Part shown: positions 39,974 through 48,644 of the stretch, one piece after another
Position numbering within the stretch: position 1 is the first letter of the stretch
Layout of the letters: the number at the start of each line of letters is the position of its first letter
Virus record (IMG/VR): IMGVR_UViG_3300031994_000033
Location: 1-64,000 of that record
Reading direction: 5' to 3' (one strand)
DNA length: 64,000 bases
Source of the DNA: a virus
Taxonomy: Duplodnaviria > Caudoviricetes
Program-made: the position numbers and the translations under genes
Notes under the pieces: generated by a model
What the model was told of the DNA's origin: nothing
The model's database searches: none
Seen by the model: only the letters and a program-made list of their open reading frames with translations

Positions 39974-41437
39974 ATGGCGAAATATCAAGAATATCTTCAA
40001 TACTCACTTTGGACCAGTGACATAAAAACTAAAGAGATAGAAATCAATGCGACTCATAAACGATATGACCCAGAATGCATCAGAGGAATTTGGAATGCGT
40101 CTGGATCTAAAGGAACATTCCCAGTAGGCGTCAAGAAATGCACATTTGACGACTATATCGAGTTGATAGTCACTGGACACTCGGTTAAGCGGATTCGAGA
40201 ACTTGACGGACTATTTCAACCTTCTAGGTTCCTATTCATCGATCTAGACAATGACGATGACGAAGATGTTGAGGAGATAGAACTAGAGGCATTGAAGTAT
40301 GTGACTAATAATCGCATCGTGTACTATCCGTCAACCTCAGGCACTCCTCATCGTTGGCATCTCTATATCGAAACGACTAGCATCATGCTAGATACTGATG
40401 ATCTGAAACGAGAGACATTCAAGATCATCTCGGAGTTAGAGTCAGTATGTAAACGAAAAGTAACATGTGACTACAAATGCTACACTAGCTGGTATCAGGT
40501 ATGTTACGGAATGCCACAGAAAGAGCACTACAAGCTGTCGATTCCAGAAGGCACAGAGTTCTTCTGTCACCAGATACTAAAGCCTCCAGTGGGCGAGAAA
40601 GCGCCGAAGATCAAAAGATATGACACTTATGAGCTGTTCATGCTGTCGAACACTAAGAAGAGCTCCAAGATCCTCAGCGAGTACAATAGGCTAGTTCCGT
40701 ACAACTCGAAGATGTTATCGAAGGAACTCAATCGACAGGTTCTGATCGACAAAGCGTATTCAATTTCACCGCCGTTCACGTACCGCAGAAAGAAGACGAG
40801 CAGAGGCTTAGACTGGCGCGTCCAGCCAGGAAGCAGATTCAAGACTGCGCAAGCTTGGATCTTGAACCTAGTCCCGCAATGGTACAAGTGCAATCTGAAG
40901 TACGGAATGTGCTTCTCAATCGAAGATCTAGAGAACACGTTGACGTTTCTCTGCAAAGTCAACTTCAAAGACTACGCGACGTTCAACATGACGAGCTCGA
41001 TAAAGGGTATGCTAAAACTGGTCGAAGAGTATCAAGGGATGCCCTATGATGAGATCGAAAAGATCTCGAAGGGGAAAATACGGAAATACAGATCGGCCGA
41101 ACACATCAGAAACTCAGTCGAAGAGCTCATAGAAGAGTTCAAGATCGACGATCACACTGTCCAGTTCGAGAACAGAAAAGCGCTTAGAGAAGCGATGAAG
41201 AGATACGAAACTACGTTCAAGACAGCAGAAAGACGAATGAAAGCGCTAGGTTACGATGTGAAACTGTCAACCTACGACCGATCAGACAAGGGCAGAACTC
41301 ACAAAGGCCCAGTTTACGACTTCTCGAAGTACCCGTTGAACGAGAAAGGCCAAAGACTCATTCCGAAGGATGAGATGTGCCAAACGATGAGAAATCAGGC
41401 TTGTCGGCTCAAAATCAAGCTAAAGAGTGTCAAATAA
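39974..41437 (+). CDS. AEP-superfamily (primase/Rep-like) protein
   Basis: FLFIDLDND (motif I DxD) and YPSTSGTPHRWHLY (motif II); basic C-terminus. ATG 39974 preferred over TTG 39965. Confidence 0.6.
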   Translation: MAKYQEYLQYSLWTSDIKTKEIEINATHKRYDPECIRGIWNASGSKGTFPVGVKKCTFDDYIELIVTGHSVKRIRELDGLFQPSRFLFIDLDNDDDEDVEEIELEALKYVTNNRIVYYPSTSGTPHRWHLYIETTSIMLDTDDLKRETFKIISELESVCKRKVTCDYKCYTSWYQVCYGMPQKEHYKLSIPEGTEFFCHQILKPPVGEKAPKIKRYDTYELFMLSNTKKSSKILSEYNRLVPYNSKMLSKELNRQVLIDKAYSISPPFTYRRKKTSRGLDWRVQPGSRFKTAQAWILNLVPQWYKCNLKYGMCFSIEDLENTLTFLCKVNFKDYATFNMTSSIKGMLKLVEEYQGMPYDEIEKISKGKIRKYRSAEHIRNSVEELIEEFKIDDHTVQFENRKALREAMKRYETTFKTAERRMKALGYDVKLSTYDRSDKGRTHKGPVYDFSKYPLNEKGQRLIPKDEMCQTMRNQACRLKIKLKSVK

Positions 41438-41505
41438 GTACCATATTGTTCTATATGAAGCTATATGAAACTATAGTAACACTATGTAGCGAAGCAGAGT
41501 CTTAT

Positions 41506-41718
41506 TTTTATAAGACTTTGCGAAGCAGTCTCCTTCTTTTTCTCCAATATATGGCTTAAGAAAAAGTGTTATAAAATTTAGGCTATAAAAAGTACAAAAT
41601 AGCTCTATGAAACGATAATAATTGTAAAGAAAATTTTATAAGACTTTACGAAGTAATCTCTTTCCTCTTTCTCCAATATATGGCTTAAGAAAAAGTGTTA
41701 TAAAATTTAGGCTATAAA
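41506..41718. repeat. Two ~85-bp direct repeats with a 51-bp identical core
   Basis: TTTCTCCAATATATGGCTTAAGAAAAAGTGTTATAAAATTTAGGCTATAAA at 41539-41589 and 41668-41718; TTTTATAAGACTTT at 41506 and 41634. Confidence 0.9.
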
Positions 41719-41742
41719 TAAACTCAACAAGGAGAATCAACT

Positions 41743-41940
41743 ATGACTCGATTCGTTATCACTGGAAAAGTATCAAATCCGCTAATCGGATCTTCGCTCA
41801 ACGAAGATCTCGTCATCTCTGGTCGTCTTGACTCGAAGCTCGCACAGCTCAACCTGGAAGTCGAGAAGATCGAGAGCGCAGGCGAAGACGTGACATACTA
41901 TCTCAAGGAAGCTAGAGGCCCGAAGCTTCTCTGCGACTAG
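41743..41940 (+). CDS. Small late protein
   Basis: TATAAATA at 41713-41720; AAGGAG RBS. Confidence 0.7.
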   Translation: MTRFVITGKVSNPLIGSSLNEDLVISGRLDSKLAQLNLEVEKIESAGEDVTYYLKEARGPKLLCD

Positions 41941-42013
41941 TTCTTTACGAATATATTACGAAATAACTCTCTGCATATATATGCTCAACGCTAAAATGCA
42001 AAGGAAAACAAAA

Positions 42014-42787
42014 ATGAAAATTTTGAGAGATCAACATCAAATCGTGTTCGAGAGCCTCGGCTCTAAGGCTCCAGGTATCGCAGCGTTCATCAAGTGGCTC
42101 AACTTCAACATGGAGGAGGGCGAAATCTGGGAAGAGGACCTAGTGTTCGACCAGATCTATGCGAAGGACGGAGACGTCTACATCGACTGGGATCCAGAGT
42201 CCGAGTACATGGAGGGAGATCCAGATACATTCCCTGACAGATATCTGAAGATTCTGAAGAGAAAAGGTCCAAAGGAGTTCAGACTCTGTTCCAAGAACGT
42301 AGCTGAAGAGATCGCTTCTGGAGACCGAGACGAAGACTGGCCTCTCGAGAGAATCATCAACGAAGGAGATGAGGAAGCTGGAATCACTGAGACTCAGGGT
42401 GCGAACTACGAGATCGGCGACGAGAAGCTCCTATGGGCGCAGCTCAGATCACCTATCCGCGAGTCTATTGACCTCGACAAAGCGAAGAGTATCATCGAGT
42501 CTGCTGGACTCAAGCTGAATAGAGTCGACGAGGGATCTTTCGCTAAAGATCCGTCGAGCTATCTCAGACGCTTCGCTAAGATTCGCGAGCGTGTCGTCAA
42601 AAAGGCTACTAATATCGATCCCGAGCTTATGTCTCACTACAAGGTCACTCCTCTCGCAAGACAGCTCAATCCGAGCTACGAGGGCGACTACCTAGATCGT
42701 CTCGTTTACGGCTACATGGACGGACGTCCTGGCGACACAGATGGAATGGCTAAGGATCTGCTAGCTTGGCTGAGCGAGCACTCTTAA
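42014..42787 (+). CDS. Hypothetical acidic protein
   Basis: AAGGA RBS favours ATG 42014 (MKILRDQ). Confidence 0.65.
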   Translation: MKILRDQHQIVFESLGSKAPGIAAFIKWLNFNMEEGEIWEEDLVFDQIYAKDGDVYIDWDPESEYMEGDPDTFPDRYLKILKRKGPKEFRLCSKNVAEEIASGDRDEDWPLERIINEGDEEAGITETQGANYEIGDEKLLWAQLRSPIRESIDLDKAKSIIESAGLKLNRVDEGSFAKDPSSYLRRFAKIRERVVKKATNIDPELMSHYKVTPLARQLNPSYEGDYLDRLVYGYMDGRPGDTDGMAKDLLAWLSEHS

Positions 42788-42852
42788 TCAGACGAAAATC
42801 AAGCTTCTGATAAATACTTAAATTTCAAGAAACTCTACAAGGAGAATCATAT

Positions 42853-43077
42853 ATGATCACTAACTCTACTGACGCAACCATCGACAGCAACGACTTCATC
42901 ATTCAGTCTATGCGCAAGCTCAAGCAGCGCCTCGAGATTGAAGAGAACGACATCAAGGCTTACAAGATTCCGGAAGGACTCCAGGGCTCTGCTCTCGCTT
43001 CTGAGAAGGCCTACATCAAGGGCGCTCTCGACGAGATCCAGAAGTTCCGCCAGTTCATCAAGGAGATGGGCGTCTAG
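42853..43077 (+). CDS. Small hypothetical protein
   Basis: AAGGAG RBS; GATAAATA upstream. Confidence 0.7.
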   Translation: MITNSTDATIDSNDFIIQSMRKLKQRLEIEENDIKAYKIPEGLQGSALASEKAYIKGALDEIQKFRQFIKEMGV

Positions 43078-43107
43078 CGCAACTTACCTAAAGTTTGTTG
43101 TCTCCAT

Positions 43108-43139
43108 GAAGCGCTGGTCTAAAGACTGGCGCTTCTTTT
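43108..43139 (+). terminator. Intrinsic terminator
   Basis: GAAGCGCTGGTCT-AA-AGACTGGCGCTTC followed by TTTT. Confidence 0.75.
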
Positions 43140-43350
43140 GTACCCAGAAATCGTCATAAATGCGGTTTTGAGGATGTTTTAAGACGTTTTAAGCCTGTAC
43201 CCTAGTAACTATACCGGTGAGCCATAAAACGTCCTAAAACTGACGTTTATGCGCAAAATACGAGCTGATCAATTTTGCATAAACGGAAAATTCTTTCCGC
43301 AAATAGTTTCTAAATTAACTATTGAAAAGCGCTAGAACGAGGGTAACACT

Positions 43351-46300
43351 ATTTACAAGAATGTCTATTACGACCGTGAGTCAAATTCAATCTACGAACG
43401 TGAAGTCGGTTCGACAGAATATGTCAAGCATCCGTACACGTTCAAGTATTTTATGCCTGATTCATCGGGCGAGAGTCCGATTCGTGACTGCTTCGGCGTT
43501 CCGATGAAAGAGGTTGTATGCAAAACGAAAGAGGACTACCAGATCTATCGCGTGATGGCGAAAAAGATGCGTCTCGCTGAGTCCGACCTCAAACCTCCCG
43601 TAAAATACATTCACGAGAAATACGACACAGCAGAACTGAACTACGAAGAGTACAAGGACTACCGCATCGCCTTCTACGATATTGAAACGCAGACTTCTAG
43701 ACGCTACTACCTCAACAAGGAAGTGAAGCTTCGCTTGATCGAGGACGGTCACGAAGAGACGATGACTCTATATCAGTTCGAGCACACTTGCAAGACGAAA
43801 AAGTGGGAAATCTGGGACATCGTTCGAAACGAATGGCGCAAATACTACGACAGCTGCTTCATAAATCAGGAGTTCCCGAATCCCGAGGAAGCGAACTATC
43901 CGATCAACCTTATCACTGTCTACTCGACGGTCGCTGGCGAGACTTTCACTTGGGGTCTGGAGCCGTATGAGGGCAACTCTCCCGAAGTCACAAACTACAA
44001 ATGGTTCAAGTCCGAACTTGAGATGATGAAGGACTTCTATGTCTGGTTCTGGCAGCAGAAGTTCGATATTCTGACTGGCTGGAACTCTGAGAAGTTCGAT
44101 GATGCGTATATCATCGGCCGTATGCAGAAGATCCAGCGAGAGAATGGCGTCAAGCTCGATTACACGCGTCTGCTTTCTCCGCTCAAACTATCGCCACAGA
44201 AGCGCCCGATCACTGACGACAAGGGTAAAGTGACAGGATATCACTTCTCGTCTCCAGGCCTCTACATGATCGACTATCTGGCGCTCTACAAGTTTATCGG
44301 CTTCGTGAAGAACTCGCCGTCTTGGAAGCTCGACTACATCGGCAAGAAAGAGACTGGCGAAGGAAAGGTCAAGCTTGAATATGGTCTTACCGAGCACTAC
44401 ATCAAGGACTACACGACCTACGTCGAGTATAACGTCCAGGACGTGCGCCTGATGGTGAAGATCGAAGAGAAGAAGCGTCTGTGGCCGACGACTATCGCCT
44501 ACGCCAATGAAGCTCTGATCACTCTTGACTCTGTCTTCGCGATGACGGCCGCACACGACGGCTACATCATGAAGTTCCTCCATGCGCAGAATCAGGTCTA
44601 CAACGACCGCTACGAGAAGCCCGCAGACTGGTGGCACGACGAGGGCTACTTCAAGAAGGATCTCGGAAACGGCATCATCGAGTATCAGAACTGCACGCCA
44701 GAGTCTCCGACTTCGTTCGAGCCTTACGCTGTGAAGGCAGGCTACTGCTACGCTGATCCTGGACGCTACCAGCACAACATGAGCGGAGACATCACGTCAT
44801 CCTATCCTAATCACATCATCATGTACAACATCTCTCCCGAGACTCGAGTCATCAAGCCGAGCCAAGAGGACATCGATTCCGGAAAGGTCATCCGCTCGGA
44901 AGTCAACGGAGTCGGATTCATCAACAACGACACTGCTATTCTGCCGTCTGTCGTCTCGAAGATCTTCGACGAACGTCTCAAGTTCAAGCTGCTCATGCAG
45001 GACGCCGAGAAGGCTGGCGACAAGATCGCTGCCGACCGCTACCGCACGCTGCAGCTCACTCGTAAGAAGCTCATCAACTCTCTATACGGCGCTTGCCTGT
45101 TCCCGCAGTTCCACCTATTCAACATCGACTGCGCTCGCTCCATCACTCGTTGCGCTCGTGTCACCATACGCTATCTCAAGGACAATACGGACCGCTACTA
45201 TCGTTCCAAGTATATCCTCAAGGATTCGATGGACTTCTTCCCGGTCATCAAGATCAACACCAAGTGGTACAAGAAGGAAGACGAAGTCGAGACGGATCAG
45301 GGAAAGATTCTCGCGAAGGACGTAACGACTGCAAACACTATCGGCGGCGCAGCTGTAACGATTTTCGTGAACGATCTCACTCAGAAGCCTCTTCTCAATC
45401 CTATCAAGAAGATCACGTCGGAGAGAATCATCAACGTGGTCTACGACGGAGACTGCCACTACTACAAGCCTGGCGACGAAATCGAAGTCGAGATGGATGG
45501 AAAGAAACTCAAGATGCAGTTGGGAGTCCACGACGGCGGAGCAAGATTCACTGGCGAAGAGACCATCATGGAAGAGCTCAAGGCCAACTTCAAGCATCCT
45601 GACGGCTCTACAATTTCCGGTTTCGATCTCCAGCGCAACGCTAAGATCGACGGACGCCCGATCGACAACGTGAACGTGATCGAGAAGCCAGTCAAGTTCG
45701 TGGATCGCGAGTCTGTCGTCGTTCAGGTCGACACGGACTCCAACTACTACTGCTTCGACGAGCACAAGATCAACCTCTTCCCGTACATGGACGACATGGA
45801 ATGGTTCTACTGCATGGAGAAGCAGATGAACTGGTTCTGGAAGAGAATTCTCGACGCTAAGGCAGAGAAGAACAAGATGCACAACCGCATCATCTTCACT
45901 CGCGAGAACATGTTCTCGAACTTCATCTCTTACGGAAAGAAGATGTATCTCGGAGCAGTCGTCGACAAGGACGGCAAGTTCTTCGGCTACGAGGAAGATC
46001 CGCACAAGCACTTGAAGATTCAGGGTCTAATTCTAAAGAAGGCAGAGTTCCCAGTATTCTGTCAGGAATATGCTGTCAAGATCACTGCGGACGTTCTACT
46101 CGGACAGAGCAAAGAAGAGACGACGAGACAGATTCAGGACGCTTACTTGAAATTCAAGGCGTCAAAGCCAGAGGACATCTCGGCGTCAAGAACTATCGGC
46201 GACCTGTCTGTGATGGATCACGAAATCGACTGGTACGTCAAGAACGGCCTCACATATCCAGACCACATTCACTACTGCGCGAAGATAGGCGTAAACTTCA

Positions 46301-46587
46301 ACTACGTGAACGCGAGAGAGAAGCTCGGATACGACACGCTCCAGCGTGGATCTAAGGCTAAGCACATATTCCTCTATCCGCGAAACAAATACGGTTTCGA
46401 CCAGATGGCTTTCGAGAAGTGGCCGAAGGAGTTTGACCAGATGTTCGAGATCGACTACGATACGACTTTCGAGAAGTTCTTCATGTCTAACTTCCACGCT
46501 CTCTTCGAGTCTATCGGCTGGGCAGAGTCGAGGAAAGACTATATCGAGTACAAGATGACGAAGGCTAAAAAGAAGTTCCTGAGGTAA
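43351..46587 (+). CDS. Family B DNA polymerase (T4 gp43-like)
   Basis: ExoI FYDIET, ExoII GWNSEKFD, ExoIII YNVQDV, motif A DITSSYP, motif B KKLINSLYG, motif C DTDS, KKMY. The frame extends upstream of ATG 43453 to a probable ATT start at 43351. Confidence 0.93.
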   Translation: MYKNVYYDRESNSIYEREVGSTEYVKHPYTFKYFMPDSSGESPIRDCFGVPMKEVVCKTKEDYQIYRVMAKKMRLAESDLKPPVKYIHEKYDTAELNYEEYKDYRIAFYDIETQTSRRYYLNKEVKLRLIEDGHEETMTLYQFEHTCKTKKWEIWDIVRNEWRKYYDSCFINQEFPNPEEANYPINLITVYSTVAGETFTWGLEPYEGNSPEVTNYKWFKSELEMMKDFYVWFWQQKFDILTGWNSEKFDDAYIIGRMQKIQRENGVKLDYTRLLSPLKLSPQKRPITDDKGKVTGYHFSSPGLYMIDYLALYKFIGFVKNSPSWKLDYIGKKETGEGKVKLEYGLTEHYIKDYTTYVEYNVQDVRLMVKIEEKKRLWPTTIAYANEALITLDSVFAMTAAHDGYIMKFLHAQNQVYNDRYEKPADWWHDEGYFKKDLGNGIIEYQNCTPESPTSFEPYAVKAGYCYADPGRYQHNMSGDITSSYPNHIIMYNISPETRVIKPSQEDIDSGKVIRSEVNGVGFINNDTAILPSVVSKIFDERLKFKLLMQDAEKAGDKIAADRYRTLQLTRKKLINSLYGACLFPQFHLFNIDCARSITRCARVTIRYLKDNTDRYYRSKYILKDSMDFFPVIKINTKWYKKEDEVETDQGKILAKDVTTANTIGGAAVTIFVNDLTQKPLLNPIKKITSERIINVVYDGDCHYYKPGDEIEVEMDGKKLKMQLGVHDGGARFTGEETIMEELKANFKHPDGSTISGFDLQRNAKIDGRPIDNVNVIEKPVKFVDRESVVVQVDTDSNYYCFDEHKINLFPYMDDMEWFYCMEKQMNWFWKRILDAKAEKNKMHNRIIFTRENMFSNFISYGKKMYLGAVVDKDGKFFGYEEDPHKHLKIQGLILKKAEFPVFCQEYAVKITADVLLGQSKEETTRQIQDAYLKFKASKPEDISASRTIGDLSVMDHEIDWYVKNGLTYPDHIHYCAKIGVNFNYVNAREKLGYDTLQRGSKAKHIFLYPRNKYGFDQMAFEKWPKEFDQMFEIDYDTTFEKFFMSNFHALFESIGWAESRKDYIEYKMTKAKKKFLR

Positions 46588-46588
46588 T

Positions 46589-46777
46589 ATTATCACACTG
46601 ACACTAACAACCCCAGTGATAATTCTGGGAATCATATCTGTGCTTCTTCTCGCTTGGATCATCTCGTGCGACGGAACGCCATCGTTTCTTGGATCAGATC
46701 GATCCTGGGCGATAATCGTATCGATTGTAGTCTGGCTCTTCGTTTTCCTAGCAGTAGGAGGTATCTGGTGGTGGTAA
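46589..46777 (+). CDS. Small two-transmembrane protein (not in the track)
   Basis: ..PVIILGIISVLLLAWIISC..WAIIVSIVVWLFVFLAVGGIWWW*; start at ATT 46589 or GTG 46616. Confidence 0.6.
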   Translation: MITLTLTTPVIILGIISVLLLAWIISCDGTPSFLGSDRSWAIIVSIVVWLFVFLAVGGIWWW

Positions 46778-46803
46778 ATTTAAAAGAACTTCCTGACAAC
46801 TTT

Positions 46804-47043
46804 ATGAGACAGATCGTTCTGAGAACTGGTCCAATCGTAGCAGCGACTAGGCCGCTTGTTTGGAACAAGAAACTGAAGCGATATGTCAAAGGACACGTGA
46901 CAGGATCGGTCACGAACTATGACGACCGAGTGACAAGATTCACATCAGACGAACAAGCGAGAAGAGTGATAGCCGATGAACGAGCTCGTTGGCACTATTA
47001 CAGGTCGTTCCCTGATCGTTTCACTCCAGAAGAATGGAAATAA
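46804..47043 (+). CDS. Small basic hypothetical protein (MRQIVLRTG...)
   Basis: Start revised from 46654 because the upstream part overlaps the membrane ORF. Confidence 0.55.
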   Translation: MRQIVLRTGPIVAATRPLVWNKKLKRYVKGHVTGSVTNYDDRVTRFTSDEQARRVIADERARWHYYRSFPDRFTPEEWK

Positions 47044-47067
47044 ATACAGAAACTGAAGGTAAGTATC

Positions 47068-48573
47068 ATGGGACGAATAACTGCAACTAAGATCAACGAG
47101 ACGCACTTCTTCATTCAGGTCAATGACGGAGATATTCTATACGAGCTGGACAACGCTTTCGCTATCCACAAGGACGGATATCAGTTCGTACCCGCTTACC
47201 AGAATCACACTTGGGACGGAAAGACTCACTTCTTCAAGACTACGACTCACAAGTTCCCTATCGGACTCGTGGATGAGCTGATCAAGTGGTGCGACAGCAA
47301 GAAGTACGAGCTCAAGTTCGAGAACTACGAGAAAGAGCCAGTCGAATGGCTGTCCAGAGAGAAGTTCGAAGCCAACTGCAAGCAGATAATGGCTGGATCG
47401 AAATATCAGCCGAGAGACTATCAGCTTGACGCTGCGTTCGCTGCTCTGAACGGAAAGCGTGGCATTCTGGAGTGCTGCACTTCGTCTGGCAAGTCGCTAA
47501 TGATCTACCTCATCATGCGCAACCTGATGATGGAACGCGGCTACAAGAAGATGCTCTTGATCGTTCCGTCCATCATGCTAGTGACTCAGATGTACAAGGA
47601 CTTCGAAGACTACGGATGGTCTGACCTGGACAAGTGGTGTGAGCTCCAAGACAAGGATCACGTCCCGACCTACCACAAGACGATTCTGATCACGACCTGG
47701 CAGTCGTTGATGAAGCAGTCAGCAGACTACTTCGAGGACGTGAACGCCGTCATAATAGACGAAGCACATGGTCTCAGGGGTGTTCGCGTATCGACAATGG
47801 TACAGTTCTGTATCAATGCAGACTTCAAGATCGGTACGACTGGTACACTGCCTACTTCGGCAGTCGAGAAGTATGACGTGAAGTCTGTTCTCGGCAAGAC
47901 GCTCTACAAGATCAGTTCTGAAGAGTTGATCAGCAGAGGATTCTTGACAGACATCATCGTCGCTAACCTGTTCATGCAGTACCCGATCGACTTCATCAAG
48001 GAAAATCAGGAGAGAACGTATCCCGAAGAGGTAAGACTAACTGAAGAGTACGAGGACCGTATGCACATCCTCGACATCATCCTGAGAAAGACAGACTTGA
48101 ATCACAACATGCTCATTCTGTGCAATCACGTCGACCATCTAGAAGCTACGATCGACTATCTGAAGGAGCACGCGAAAGATCGAAAAGTCGTCAAGATCAC
48201 TGGATCCGTGAAGTCTGCTGAGCGTGAATTCATTAGAATTTCCGCAGAAGAGTCTGACGGATTGATCATCGTTGCGACTTACGGCACCATGTCCACTGGC
48301 GTCAACATCAAGAAGATTCACGAGATCATCCTGTTCGCAGACTCGAAGTCCAAGATCAAGGTTCTCCAGTCCATCGGCCGTGGACTCAGAAAGCATCCAG
48401 AGAAGTCGAAAGTGATCATTTACGACATCATCGACGACATGCGGTACAAGTCGAAGAGAGGCAAAGTTCACTCGAACTATCTCTATGACCACTGGCTAGA
48501 GCGCTCAAAATACTACATAGAGCAGAAATTTAAGCAAAAATCGACAGTTTTTCCCATCTCCAAGTTAGTATAA
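47068..48573 (+). CDS. uvsW: SF2 DNA helicase, UvsW-like
   Basis: WDGK N-terminus, PRDYQ, TSSGKS, DEAH, TTGT, STGVNI, QSIGRGLR. Confidence 0.92.
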   Translation: MGRITATKINETHFFIQVNDGDILYELDNAFAIHKDGYQFVPAYQNHTWDGKTHFFKTTTHKFPIGLVDELIKWCDSKKYELKFENYEKEPVEWLSREKFEANCKQIMAGSKYQPRDYQLDAAFAALNGKRGILECCTSSGKSLMIYLIMRNLMMERGYKKMLLIVPSIMLVTQMYKDFEDYGWSDLDKWCELQDKDHVPTYHKTILITTWQSLMKQSADYFEDVNAVIIDEAHGLRGVRVSTMVQFCINADFKIGTTGTLPTSAVEKYDVKSVLGKTLYKISSEELISRGFLTDIIVANLFMQYPIDFIKENQERTYPEEVRLTEEYEDRMHILDIILRKTDLNHNMLILCNHVDHLEATIDYLKEHAKDRKVVKITGSVKSAEREFIRISAEESDGLIIVATYGTMSTGVNIKKIHEIILFADSKSKIKVLQSIGRGLRKHPEKSKVIIYDIIDDMRYKSKRGKVHSNYLYDHWLERSKYYIEQKFKQKSTVFPISKLV

Positions 48574-48576
48574 ATA
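48569..48576 (+). promoter_or_regulatory. Late promoter TATAAATA
   Basis: Exact consensus upstream of the sheath gene. Confidence 0.8.
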
Positions 48577-48644
48577 ACTTAGAAAGATTGACTGGCCCAT
48601 CGAAATGTCAGTCACAAAAGCTATTTTACTAGGAGAAATTACAC

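Noticed and set aside
41506-41718. CRISPR array, given the Cas4-like nuclease at 52526
   Set aside because: Only two long repeat copies, no repeat-spacer periodicity and no cas operon; the nuclease lacks the Cas4 Cys cluster.
45205-45715. Functional intein in PolB
   Set aside because: No C-terminal His-Asn followed by Cys/Ser/Thr and no LAGLIDADG motifs; kept only as an insertion.
45115-46011. Long antisense ORFs (298 aa here; also 44188-44775, 48660-49460, 11473-12051 and others)
   Set aside because: They lie opposite well-supported genes, lack motifs and RBS, and are explained by codon bias on the sense strand.
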